From positions 248,001 through 312,000 of the forward strand of contig CDLV01000010.1 in NCBI GenBank assembly GCA_001244265.2: DNA of 64,000 nucleotides, read 5' to 3'. Positions 47,884 to 60,698 of the stretch are shown in pieces. This DNA is from Microbotryum violaceum (taxonomy: Eukaryota). The notes under the pieces are model-generated. The model was not told the origin of the DNA. It saw only the letters and a program-made list of their open reading frames with translations, and ran no database searches. Both the position numbers and the translations under genes were made by a program. Each line of letters opens with the position of its first letter. The stretch's first letter is position 1.

Positions 47884-48365
47884 GCGCTTCTCCTGTTCGA
47901 TGGAAGGATGATGGAAGGAAGGACGTTGCCGTTTCGTATTTCAGTTGGAGCGAGGAGAAAAGGTTCAATGGGAAGCCACTCTTTGATGGCCGTCTCTTTC
48001 GCCTTGTTTGTAGTTTGCTTTCTTTAGCTCGGTTGGCTAGCCGCTGTTGTAAACCCATCTTACGCATCATGCCACCGCACTCTCCGTCTCCCGTCCCTCA
48101 AGTGAAAGCAATCGTAGCCTGTAAAGTATCGCATTATCTACGCTGCGAAGCCCTGCCCGCTTAGCTGGGCGACTGCTGCGCACATGATTCCTGTGCACTC
48201 GTGCCTTCCAGAGGCTTCTCGCGCTGTGTTCAAGCTTATGTAGGCGGATGTATTTGCAGTGGAAAAGACTGAGTAACGATCTTTGTTTCAAACAGTGTAC
48301 AAGCATCTATGGCCTTCCGCTCAAGTCTTTATAAGGCAAGCCTTTCCGTTCTTCTGCGCACAAGT

Positions 48366-51300
48366 TCACCGCAACGCATCAACGGCCAACACCCCATTAA
48401 ACATTTGCCATGCCCAGCCCTGGTCGCTCAAGAATTCGCAGCAAGCCTGTTCCAACCTCAATCTCCCCGCCGCTTCCCTCGCGTCGCCTGCGTTCTTCCC
48501 CGAATGCCTCCCTTGTCCAATGACGTAAAATGAGATACCTTGGAACCTCTCCCGTTCGAGAGCCATCAACGAATCGCCCAAGAAAGAGATGGCCTCGTCG
48601 GTGTGCAAGCCATGCAGATCGAGCGCGACCTCCGTTCGTTCCTCGGATCGAAGATCATGAATGTCCCCACCCGAGTTGTGCCGAGGTACGGACAGTTGCG
48701 CCACGACGCCTAGGCAAATCGTTCCGCCCATCTCTCGACCGCGCACGCGACGATCGGCAGCGTCTTCCGTCGAACCACGCGTCCCACCTTCCAGTATCGC
48801 CTCTTTCAACAGCCTCTTACGCTCGGCCAAGATGCGAGCAGCTGCATCCCTACCTTCGATCGAGACTTGTCGGCCCCAGTCCTGCGCTTCTCGACTAAAC
48901 TTGCGCGCGCCGGCGCCATCGCCCTTCTTGAAGCACTCTGAAGCCCGTGCCAAGCACTTGTTGCGCTTGGCACCGAGTTCGAGGAACGAGGACCTGTAGC
49001 GCAAGTACAAAGCCGCAAGTGCAGGACCTGTTGGTAAAGTCGGTAAGAGAGCGGGGGGTCGCAGGGGGATGCGTGCCGACGGCCTCGGGCGAGGTAGATT
49101 GTCGCGCGAGTGTATACCGCCCGCCATCGTCGGCGGACCGGATGGACGAGATGGTTGCCCCATCGCCGAGGGCAAGTATTTGGGCCCCATTTTGACGGCA
49201 CCGCTGAAACGAGTTCTAGCCGGGTCGAGTACGACCGTTGCTCGACCGCCGATGATTCCAGGCATCCCACGTCGATTGTTTTGCATCTCGCCGAGGGCGG
49301 GAAAGTCGAGGTCGGGCCCATCGTCCCGTGCCATGTGTTCAGCCTCGTCATACCCGCCTTGGTCTCTTCGTCTAGCTCGAGCTTCAAAGTCGGCTCGCAT
49401 AATCTAGAGTGACGGTCCATATCGATGAGCTTGTGGTACAGAGCCAAGCCATTGGGCAATCCAACTTACCGGGGGAATCGAATGCAAAAAGTCGCAGCGT
49501 CCGTCACCCTTAAGGCAATGGCCCCGCAGCCAGAATCTGTGTGCGGAAGATCCACCCGATCAGGAAAAAGCTCGTCACCAAAAGACCATGCAGACGGTAG
49601 CACTGAAACTTACTTGCAAACCGCCTTGCCCACATCATGAGAGAATTTGCAATCGCTCCGCAAGCAATTGCCAGCGAGGTAGTATCGACAAACCCTGCCG
49701 CCTACACCCCTCCCACTATCCTGCATCGACGGGTTGGGGCCTCGCATACCTCCGTGTTGCCCAGGCCATCTCTGTTGCTGAGCACCTCCGAAACCTCCGC
49801 CCCGACCAGTTAGGTAAGCCTCGTACGAATCACGCGACATGATGACAGGTCTTGAACCACTCGCAGCGACCGTCGTCCTGACCTCGTTCACCGGCGCGAC
49901 TTCGACGCCGGGCAGCAGTCCGACCCCACTTCCCTCTCCTCCGGAGCCATTCATCAACTGCGGGTTCTCGATCAGATACTCGATCGCTTGATCGACGTCG
50001 TACCCCGTCTGTGCCAAAACATCCTCGACCAGTTCAGGCGAGATGTTCGAGCTCGCAAAGATGGAGTACAGGTGATCGAAAGGGGTCATACTGTAGGCGC
50101 CCATAGCTCCTAACCCTGACGCGCCGACGAGCGAATTGGCGAATTCGATCGAAGACGCGTCACCTGGGTTCATCATCTCGGGTAACATTATGCCCGATCC
50201 ATCTTCGAGAGTCGGAGTCGAAGGATCGGCAAAGCCCTCGTCGTCGATAAAGTCCCATCCGCCCTGTACGGTTCGGCCTTGATGCTGCGGGTCCCAGGCC
50301 GGCGATTGACCTCGAGGTACGAACGTTGGAGGTCCACTGACGAAACGTCGCTGACCTTCGCCCATCACCTGTCGATCCCACATTGGCCCACCAGCATACC
50401 CGCTTGGTCCACCAGGACCGGGGGTATAGAGCTGCCCCGGACCGCCAGGAGGCTCATCGTAATTCTTCGGTTCTTCTGGATTCTCGTCATCGTCGTCATC
50501 TTGCTGCCAAGGCAGTCGAACAGGTTTGGCCAGTTTCGAATGCAATGTCTGTAGGGGTAGATTTCGAGGGAAGTAACTCGGTGACGACACGTTCGATCCT
50601 TCGCCGTTGCTCGGAGGCGCAGTCCCAAGCTTGGGCGTCCCTAGGGGCGAGTTGGCTAGGGCCCAGTTCGCCTGCGCCAGTTGAGCACGATCGGGCGTAC
50701 CAGGGATGAGAGGTGACGAAGCACCGGGAAGACTGAACGAACTTGTCGCTCCACCGGGTCTGAACTCGGTCGCACCGGCGGAGAACTTGAACTCGGGAGC
50801 GTTGGCGCTCATCGCGAGTGACAGTGTCATCGGACGGGGCGACGACCATGGCGAATGCGAAGGCGTGTGACGGGCCGAGCTGCCCAGGCTGGGGCTTGCC
50901 GTCTGGAAGGGACTTGTGGGAGCGCTTCGGGATGATGTCGAGCTAGCACTCGATGACAGCGCGATTGAAGCCGCAGTGGGGTTCGAAGGACCACGTGAGC
51001 TCGCGACACCCGATTGACCGCTCGGTAGGTTTCGCCGAAAGGACGACGAGCGAGAGACACTAGGACGTGAAGAGGGGGTCGTTGAGCCATGGTTCGGTAA
51101 AGGGGGTAACGGATTACCAGACGGATGCAAGTCCTCGCGGTAGCGGTGCAAAAGCGAGAGAATGATCGGATCCAGATTCGGAAGCGCCTGCTCAGCAAGT
51201 GGGGGTTGATCGAGTGCGCAAGGGTCAGCGAAAAGACAGAACTTTAAAGGAGATGAATGATGGGCTTACGGAGTCGTTAGGAGCCACGAGTGAAGATAAA

Positions 51301-51966
51301 AGCAAGCGCTTGATTTCTTCGGGTTTGTCATCTTCGTCTATCGAATCGTTGCCCAACAAATGAATGACGCGCTTGACTCGGCTGAGGAAGCATCCAAAGA
51401 CACGACGTCAGATCCCATTTTCCCGGTCGCGGTACGCTCGAAGCAGCTCACTTTTCTTGTTCTTCGATAGGGTCGATCTCATTTCGGCCACTTGGAGTCG
51501 TATTCCCATCGTCCATAACCGCGGCGGCAGCGGAAGGGACGGCGGCCTCGTTCGTAGTACTTGGCTCATCATCTTGCGATTCGCGCTGGGAGTCATCGTC
51601 GTCGCCGTTGTCGTCATCGTCCTCTTCCGAGGCACTGGCGTTGCTGGTCCCACTGTTGGAGTTGGAGCTGGCACTATTGACCTGGGAATGAGCTCGACTC
51701 TGGGCCAAGGCCAAGCGTCGGACGGACAATTCGAGCTGCTGCGTCGACGAGCTCGTCAACGAGAGGAACGCCGGCGCGGACGACGACGACGTCGAGCTAG
51801 AGGGCGGACTTGAGCTTGACGCCAAGCCAGGCTTGTTCGGATTGGAGGGCGAGGTCGAATAGGTCGGAAAGAGGTAGGAAAGGAGGGCACGGGTATGGGT
51901 GTAAGGGTTGTTGCTGGTGGTAGTGGTAGTGGTAGTGGTAGTGGTAGTGGTGTCGGGCGTGGACAT
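48366..51966 (-). CDS. PAM2-like / CUE-like / CCCH zinc finger / Smr-domain protein (putative RNA endonuclease)
   Basis: MSANAPEFKF and SAGATEFRP (PAM2-like), VEDVLAQTGYDVDQAIEYL (CUE/UBA-like), CRYYLAGNCLRSDCKFSHD plus a second CCCH, a helical pre-Smr region (RNKCLARASECFKKGDGAGARKFS), and Smr LDLHGLH...VIGQGRHS. The N-terminal poly-Thr comes from an (ACTACC)n repeat. Confidence 0.85.
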
Positions 51967-52955
51967 GGTGTGCAGTGGTGTGCAGTGGCGACTAGGGCCA
52001 GCGCGGACGGAAATCGGGCGAGGCACGTATGACGCTGGGGGCTCAAGGCGGCGAAGGCGATGGGCGACACTGCAGCGTGTGGAGTTCCGTCGGCGTCGGG
52101 CGAGATCGTCGGCTGGAAAGTCACAGCACTGAGAGCAAGAGGAGGGGATGTCACGAGAGGAAGGAGACCTGGTCTTGGCCAAGTGGCGATGTCGCACGTT
52201 TGTGTCGAAAAGGGGTGTCCGGAGGCACGTGTGCGACCCCACGCAGCCGTGTTAGGCCAAGACTAAGCCACCCAAGTGAGTCGGCGCACCGAGCTGATCG
52301 TGGTGATAACCCCAGTAGATGAGGTTGCTCTGCTTTTGAGATGACGTAGTCTCAAGTGTCTCTGGTCTGGGGCACGCGAATGCCGAGGAGAGACCGCTTC
52401 GGTGGCGGCAGTGAAGGTGGAAATCGGGCGAGCGAGAGGGACCGTGTGGGGGTCGCTCGCTCCAGGCCGGGGTGTACGGCTGCAGACGGCTGCGTGATAT
52501 CTCGCGCGTGGCGTGGCGTCAGCCCACTTTACTCCCTGCTTGTACTACTACGTCGATCTCGCCTGAAAGACACAGGAACTGAGAGTCTGAGATTGCCATT
52601 GGCAGATGCCGAAGCTTTACCCGAACCCCGCCGTACCAGATTGATAACGGAGAAGTACATAAAGTTGGCGTACCAGTGCCTCAAAGCACTGTCTTCCAGT
52701 CCAACTTCTGAACGGCGGCAATGAATACTTGGTGATTATTATGAGCCGCAACGGCAGCGCTCCTCAGGCCGGTGCGATTCGGCGACTCGGGAAATCGGGA
52801 CATCCAGAAAGGGGCTTCATTCGCGATGACTTGCATTTGCCATTGAGTTGAGGGGAAGGACAGCATTGAGATTCACTTGGGAAAAGCTATCTCCTCCGAA
52901 TTGTGGGACAATAGATCTCCTAGATCCCCCCCCCCCCCTGCATAAATCGAGCGCT

Positions 52956-55700
52956 TCACAAATGCGCTTCCCATAACCGCCGATACCTCCCCTTCATCGG
53001 ATCGATTTTCAGCAACTCTGCATGACTCCCTTGTTCGACCAATCGACCACCCTCGAAAACGAGGACTCGATCGACTTTGGTGCAAATGTTGAGACGGTGG
53101 GTCGTGAAGATGATAGTGGACTGCCAGGTAGTTTCGCGACAATATCGGAGGGATGTTAGTATATGATAGCGTCCTGGGTTCGCCATACATTTGAGGTTCT
53201 AGACTCACTTTACCCTTCTTGGAAAGCATTTCGTCATATAAACGCGCTTCGGCATGAGGATCCAGTGCGGCCGTGGGTTCGTCCCATACGAGGAGATCGG
53301 GGCATGGGTTCATCAACGACCGAGCTAAAGTGATGCGCTGCCACTGCAGAACCCGAGTAAGAATTGCGGAGTCAGAACCTCTTTCGTTGAACATTGATAT
53401 GCCTTTTGCCAAACCAACCTGACCGCCCGATAGAACACACGTTTCGGGCGAATGATTCGGGAAATGCACCGTCGCTTCCACTCCCTCCACCATAATCGGA
53501 TACGCCGTCGTTCCCACACGAACAGTCTTTTTGGTATCCTCCTTCAAGGACCCCAAAGAATCGACCATCGTCGTCCCACTCGACAGCATTGTGAAGCTCG
53601 TCACCTCCTCGGCACCATCGAGGCTCAAGTCCGTAGCATTCCTCTCGACCGGGTCCAAGAGCTCGAAAGTAGGTGGCGGAAGCGGGCGCTGAACAACCGC
53701 AGCAAGTTTCCAATCCGACGTCGAAAGGGAAGAGCCCATCATCCCACTGGCGTATGATTCCCATCCATCAGTGAGCGAGTCGGCGGTTTGATCCGCAGTC
53801 GAAGCTTGGAGTGCTCGCTTGATCTGTTCTGGCTGATGAGCGTGAGCGACCGATCCGAGCGAGACATATTCTCGAATGGTCATGGGAAGGACAGCTAAAA
53901 ATCGAGAAGGCATTTCGTCAGCTCAGTGCATAGATGCAGAGTAATCACTGACTCTGGGCGAGGCTCACGAGAGTTCTGCGTCGTAAAGGTCGAAACGGAT
54001 GCCAGATCCTTCGGGGCATACTCGTGCACGTCATGACCATTGATGAGTATTCGGCCAGAGGTCGGTCGTTCAGACCTGAGAAAACAAGATGCGAGACTCG
54101 ACGTCAGAACGTATCCGAAGAAACCCTCGGTCGGGGACGTACCGGGTCAGAAGAGAGACGAGGCTCGTCTTGCCCGATCCGTTGTGCCCGACGATGGCTC
54201 TACCAAATTGTGAAGGCACAGCCGTTCAGTTGAGGTTTTTCTCGGTGACGGTTATTTTGGGACTTACACGAGCTCTCCCGCTTCTACAACAAAGCTGACA
54301 TGGTCCAACGCCCTGTTGGTGGACCCCTGATACCTCAACCCAACCTCCTGAAACTCGATCTTCATACCTCTTCGGCCGTCTGCAATAACAGACTCGTACC
54401 GCCTGACCACTTTCTTCCTCTTGGACGTGAGATCCTCATCTTCAGTAGCATACCATGCTTGAATCCGATCGGCGCCGGACTTGAGATCCTTCAAATCGCT
54501 CGAGAGTCGACCGCATCGAACTCGGAGGTCCCAAACGGCCGCTTCGAGAATCGACATTTCCGCAAACGAAGTGAGCGCCGTCGTGCCATTCTTCAGCAAC
54601 TGAGCATCGTTGTACAACGCTGTATGAATGATGAAGATACCCATCGAAAGTGGTCGCGAAAGGCGGGTAATGATCAATGTCCATCGCAGTGAAGAGTTTG
54701 TTGAAGGTATCACGGTCGAGGTCGACCCGAGTTCTCGGAGCGACGTAGCGGCCTGATCGGAGAGATACGATTCGAGGCCGAGCATTCGGATCTCGTTTCT
54801 TAACGATCTCGATGTCCCCATCTTGAAGAGGGCTTGAAAGCGGAGGTAGGCGTCGTTCGAGATATCGTAGTGCTCGATCGTTGGGGTGGCCTGGCCGAAC
54901 CAGCGGTCCCATTCCTCAATGACCATGAACGTCGTCGACACGCCGAGGTAGAATGTATTCCTCGAGTTGAGCTGAGAATAGAGCATCCCACCACTGAAAA
55001 AGAGCGAGAGGATCGCATTGGCGACCGAGAGAAACCCCAATGGGTCGAATATTCGTCGATAAATGTCGGAGCCTCCGAGCTCCTTTAGAAGTTGAAGTTG
55101 ACGCTGCGTGGACGGCAGAGCCAGCTCTTCGTGCGTCAATGATAAGTTGAGTCGTAATATGGATTGTTGTATCCTAAGTGAGAAGGTCGAGTGAAGACGT
55201 TGCTCGTAAGAAGTGCTCCATCGGTGAATGAGGCGGGACGTGATCGTAGTCGTCAAGCTGCCGAGAAAGGCGAGGCCGAATGTTCTCCAGTTCAGGGGGA
55301 CGCCTATCCCCACGGAGTACGCCAATTCAATCATGCGTCTTGATAGGTACAGCTCGGCGGCGGGTAGTGCGGCTTGAGCGAGATTAAGGGCCACGATCGA
55401 GGCGAAAATCTTGCGGTCCGATCGAGCGAGATCTCGGGCAAACCTGATGAGCAGGGGTAGCCTTGCGCCATAATCCTTGACATTCGACCACCATGACGAT
55501 GGGTCGGGGAGTATAGCTGAGACCTTATTATTCCGCTTGGCTCTCGTTGGCGGTGCGAGCGCGGCGACCCATTTGGTGTGAATGCCGACGGTCGAGGTCG
55601 AGAACTCGCTCGGCTGGAGGGGTCGACGCCAACAGCCCGAGGTCCTGGGACTGGGCGGGAACATAGACGAAGAAGAGGCATGTAAGCCCACACACGACAT
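52956..55700 (-). CDS. ABC half-transporter-like protein (TM region plus one ATPase domain)
   Basis: Walker A GHNGSGKTSL, signature LSGGQ|WQR, Walker B LLVWDEPTAALD, H-loop TTHRL, and a hydrophobic N-terminal half. Start could be 55700 or 55664. Confidence 0.88.
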
Positions 55701-56573
55701 CTCAGGTGAGATGAGAGCTATGAAAGACGGGTAGAGCTACAGGGTACAGCTTAATCGAGCGGGACGAGTTACTACAAGCTCGACAAGGCTGAGCCTCGGA
55801 GACGCTTCGCAGGGCACGCCGAGTCCAAGGTCGAGTCCAGAGTGGTCCGAGTGAACCGCGTGCACGCTGGTGGTGAATCAGCGAGGGGTAGAGAGGTGTG
55901 AAGCACAAGGAGAACGTTACCGATGTTGTCGGATCATTTACAACTCTTAACGACGTGTCCTTGGGTGGGGTAAGCTTGGCGGAATGCTTCAAGCAACGAG
56001 TCGTCGTCTGAGCTCGAAGTCGGTTCGACTCGGTCGTACAAGGTCGGTCGCACCCGCTTCACCGGGCCGAAACTCACGAGGGACACAAATTTATCGCCGT
56101 CAGCTCTGGACAGCAAAACTCTGATGATCGCTCGAAAGAGAGATTTTACACGGTGAGAGAACAAGTCCAATGACCCACCAAAGACCCCTCTCTGCGATCT
56201 GGGCTCATTATTATTATCTGTTTCGGGTCCTTTCGGAATCCGGATTTTTAGGCCGAGGCCGAGGACGTAGAGAATGCCATGTGTGGGTATCTTGAAGATT
56301 TCACGGGACAGGATAACTTCTTTAAAATGTTTCCCAGTCCAGCCTGGTGAAGGAGGAGAGCATGAAATTAGTTTTCACAATATTTGATCTCGGTGCGACC
56401 TCATTCGCCCGTGTGGCCCTCCGCCTGAGCCGATGCGCCTCAAGGCCTCCAGGGTAGTTTGGCTTGAAGCCGGCTTGTGGCAACCAAGCACGCCAGCAAC
56501 GGCCCGCGGTGGGTTCGTCGCTGCCCACGATCCGATTCTGCCACGCCCGCGTCCACGGTCAACGCAACGCACC

Positions 56574-58469
56574 ATGTCCTCGCTCGCCGGCCTCCGCACC
56601 AGTCTCAGGACGATCGCCTCGCCGTTACGTCAAGGCGCACGCAGCCAGTCGACTTCGTCCGCGGCGCAGCAGGTGAGTGGCTCTTTGGCGGGCATACCCG
56701 ATCGCGATGGACGGGGGGAGGGGACATTCGCGGCGGAGCAGCGCGGGAGTCATCGCTCGGAACGTGTAGCACTCGACCGCTACGACCGATGACTGCGACA
56801 GTTTGGTGTAGAAACGTGGCTGGTGGTTAGAGCTGGACGGTCGTGGCTCGGTCGTACTCGGTACCCTCTGTCGATGCTCGGAAACTGACCCGGTTTGCTG
56901 CTCTCCCACTCCGCTCACGACGAATCGCTGCAATCGCTCAATCGCTTACTGGCTCACTTCACTCTCCCTCTGCCGTCCTCTCCCGCTCGCTCACCCCACG
57001 CCTGACCTTGTCTCCGCCATCTCTCGCACATCGCGCACAACACAACATCGCTCACCGAAACACTTCATTCGAATGGACTTGCTTCCACTCACTGCGCCCA
57101 TGCTACCAGACCATCTTTGGCGCCTCGCCCAAGGCCGCGAATGCCGCCGCCGCCTCGCTCGCCTTACTCTCGGTCGGCACCACGGCGTGGTACATGCACC
57201 TCTACGGCAATCCCTTGATCCAAGAGGTCAAGGCTGAATCTGCTGCCGATCACGGTCTCCACCCCGCCTCGTACCCTTGGTCCCACAACGGCCCTTTCAA
57301 CACCTTCGACCACGCTTCGTGAGTCGGCGTAGCTATGCACATTTACATATACCCGCAAGTGCTCATGCACAACATGCTCGTCGAACACGTTCTTCCAATA
57401 GTATCCGACGCGGATACCAGGTGTACCGCGAAGTGTGCTCAACATGCCATTCGCTTGACCGAGTCGCCTGGCGCAATCTCGTCGGTGTCTCCCACACCGT
57501 CAACGAGGTCAAGGCCATGGCCGAGGCCATCGAGTACGAGGACGGACCCGACAGCAACGGCGACATGTTCCAACGACCAGGCAAGCTTGCCGACTACTTC
57601 CCCCCTCCTTACGCCAACGAGGAGGCCGCCCGCGCCGGTAACGCCGGTGCCTTGCCCCCTGATCTTTCGCTCATCACCAAGGCCCGACATGGTGGATCTG
57701 TAAGCGCACACAAGAGAGTTTGTGAGACGAGAAGAAAAGAAGAAGGACTGACACATGCATACATCACGCAGGACTACGTTCACGCCCTTTTGACCGGTTA
57801 CGTCGACCCCCCCGCCGGTGTCGAGATCCGTGAGGGCTTGAACTACAGTAAGCCACTCGACTACCTGCCCGCGAGAGAGAGAGAGAGGGAACGAGAAGAG
57901 CAGCTACTGATTACCTCGGTTCTCGCCTGTAGACCCTTACTTCCCCGGTGGTGCCATTGGTATGGCCCGTGTCCTGTACGATGGTCTCGTTGAATACGAG
58001 GATGCAAGTCCCCTTTCGCTGCCACGGTCCGCCGTCAATGTTCAACGAGCTAACCTCCCCTTGACCGCTGTGATGATCCACAGGGTACCCCCGCCACAAC
58101 TTCGCAAATGTCCAAGGACGTTGTCACCTTCTTGTCATGGGCCTCGGAGCCGGAGCACGACGAGCGAAAGCGAATGGGTCTGCAGGCAGTTTGTGAGTAT
58201 TCCCCTACGCGAAGAGGACCGTGAATCAGTGGGCCCAGGAGACTGATGCGTTCTCGTGTTTTCGTCCGCAGCGGTTCTTGCTGCTTTGCTCGCATTGTCT
58301 ATCGTGGTCAAGAAACAAAAGTGGGCTGGTATCAAGGTCAGTCTCACTGGGGCTTCTCAATGGGCCATTGCGTACCGTGTGATTCGGGAGTGCTCACCAT
58401 CTTTGCCCTCTTCCCACTGAAATACAGACGCGCAAGATCACCTACAACCCTCCTTCCGTCAAACACTAG
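56574..58469 (+). CDS. CYT1: Cytochrome c1, mitochondrial
   Basis: [31 protein letters not shown] (CxxCH), [44 protein letters not shown]. Confidence 0.96.
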
Positions 58470-59199
58470 ATGTGTAACTGGGTTCCGTTTCTGAACGAAC
58501 GAGGGGAGTAGGGTGGGTTTTTTGGTGGTAGGGAGGGGGAGATTCTGGAGAAGATCGGATAGGAATGGAGAAAAGTCGATAGGTTCGAGAGCGCAGAGAG
58601 GAGAACGGGATCTTATCCCACCTTCTTGCCCACTATTTTTTCACTTATTGTGGGGCCCTCGATTCTACCTTTCATTCTCGAAACCGCTGCAACAATATGT
58701 TTTCTACACAAAGCGAACAACCACGCGCGAGGATCGGGCCCCCAGATACTACATACTAGAGACCGACACTCCTATAGTCAGTCAATGAATTCGCAAAATC
58801 GTACGTTGAGCTTGCGGGTGATGTTCCTCGTCCGAGAAAAGTGCTTCTAAGCCCTGATCGACCACACCTCGCTTGAAAACGATGCTCATCGCATCAGTTT
58901 CGTCATAGGCGGGGCCCACGCACTTGTCGATCTCGCCGCTCGGGTACCAAAACCTGCGCAAATTCGTATGATCTTGAGATGAGGGATTGATTTGTCTCGA
59001 ATAAGGCTAAAGATCGCAAACACTCCCATAATAGATGGGTCTGACCCAGCTCAGCGACTCAGGGGCCACCGTGGGGTCGCAGGCGCAGCAGCCAATCAGA
59101 GCCGATCGAGATGATCGACGACCCCACGCGAGCGCGGCGGCACCCCTGATCATTGAGCTTCTAACGCTTCCTCAAGTCCGAAAGCTGGGAAGAGGTGCA

Positions 59200-60306
59200 A
59201 TGCCACCCAAACTACCCAAATGTGCCATCTGCCAGACTGCTGCTGCGGGAAAGTACAGGTGTCCGATCGATGATGTAGACTAGTACGTCCCCACACCACT
59301 CAAACCGGCGAGGCTGACGCTAGTGCGCAAGTGCTCGAACGCTATCTGATCTTTTCCCGACTGTTTGTGGTGCAGTTGCACGGTCAAATGTTTCAAGAAG
59401 CATAAAGAGGAAGGATGCACTGGATCCACCAAAGCGGCGATGACTCAAGACGCGATCAAGGACGACGGTGCGAAGGCCGACCTGACGTCGACTGGCACGG
59501 GTAGGTCCCGTCCCGTGTATGTATCGATGTCACTTGGGTCAAGAGCTGACCTTCACTCCCTCGGATCCGCTCCAAAAGCCACTGCCAAAGTAGAACAAGA
59601 CAAAACGGAACCGGTGCCAGATCCCACACCCCAACAACGGGTCAAGCACACCCTCCACCTCGAATCGGACGATCGACCCCGGAAGAAGCTCAAGGACCTT
59701 CATTGGCCTCCCGAACCGGATGCATCGATCTTTTTGGACCCCTTAGCAAGGGACGATGTCAAACCTTTACGAAGGAAAGAATATGAAGCCATTGGTACGC
59801 TCTGCAAAGTCTCCAAATCAATCCGATAGACAACCGACAAAGCTAAGGGAGTTTTTTTTTCATATCTCGTCGCAGCCACCTCTCCTACGATCCGACGACT
59901 TCTTCTCACCCAACCTTCTCTCATCCCAACACTATCTCGTCTTCTAGCCATCCCCGCCGAACCTTTCAATTCATCCTATCACAACCAGTCTTCGCACTCC
60001 TTACGAGCCCCACCCCCACCAAGTGCACGCGAGACCTCCCTCCGTCTACTCCTCGATCTTCCCGTAAATTCAGCACCGACGTATTACCGTCCTTCAGGAA
60101 GAACGGTCGGAAGTGAGTATAGGACCGGATCGCATGTCTCGCAGCAAGGGAGGAAAGGGAATGGATTGGAAAGAGGGGATCTGTTGGGGGGTGGTCGGGC
60201 GACGGCTTTGGTTTATTCGACGCCGGAGGAGAGAAAGGAAGTGCAGACTTTCGTTGATGAGGTCGAGAAGCTGTTGAATGATGCGAGGAAGGATGGAGGG
60301 TTTTAA
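59200..60306 (+). CDS. zf-HIT zinc finger protein (Hit1/ZNHIT3-like)
   Basis: CAIC......KYRCP....Y|CTVKCFKKHK, LKDLHWP, and a C-terminal helical region (IATSPTIRRLL). Spliced. Confidence 0.8.
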
Positions 60307-60564
60307 TAAGACTTGGCGGTGAGGATGACTACTCTTGAGAGTGAAGGGGTCGGCTTTTCGTGCCGAGAGGGACTTGGGTAGATGAATGTGTCAGATTGTT
60401 GTAATATTCGTCATCAAAAGTCGGCTGCGAGACAATGCTTCTCGCGTAGAGAGCATGAACTGTCTGCCCAATTCAGCGGCGGTTTAGACATGACTTCTTG
60501 AAGGTCTCACGTCCGTACGCGCTAACCTCGAGAGCCTGGTCACCACGATAACCTCTAGGATATT

Positions 60565-60631
60565 GCAAACACAACCTCTCAACATGAAGCAAGCACAACC
60601 TCTCAACATGAAGCAAGCACAACCTCTCAAC
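60565..60631. repeat. 24-bp tandem repeat, about 2.8 copies
   Basis: GCAAGCACAACCTCTCAACATGAA repeated between two convergent genes. Confidence 0.9.
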
Positions 60632-60698
60632 CTGGATTTCCAAAACACCACACATGACATAGACCCCCCTTCTCTCTCTCTTCTTGACCCCACCCTCC

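Noticed and set aside
55702-56300. Short minus-strand ORFs upstream of the ABC gene
   Set aside because: No motif or convincing splice path; may be UTR or promoter sequence.
60565-60631. 24-bp repeats as a CRISPR-like array or a repeat protein (MKQAQPLN)
   Set aside because: No spacers, eukaryotic context, and it lies in the 3' intergenic region of convergent genes.
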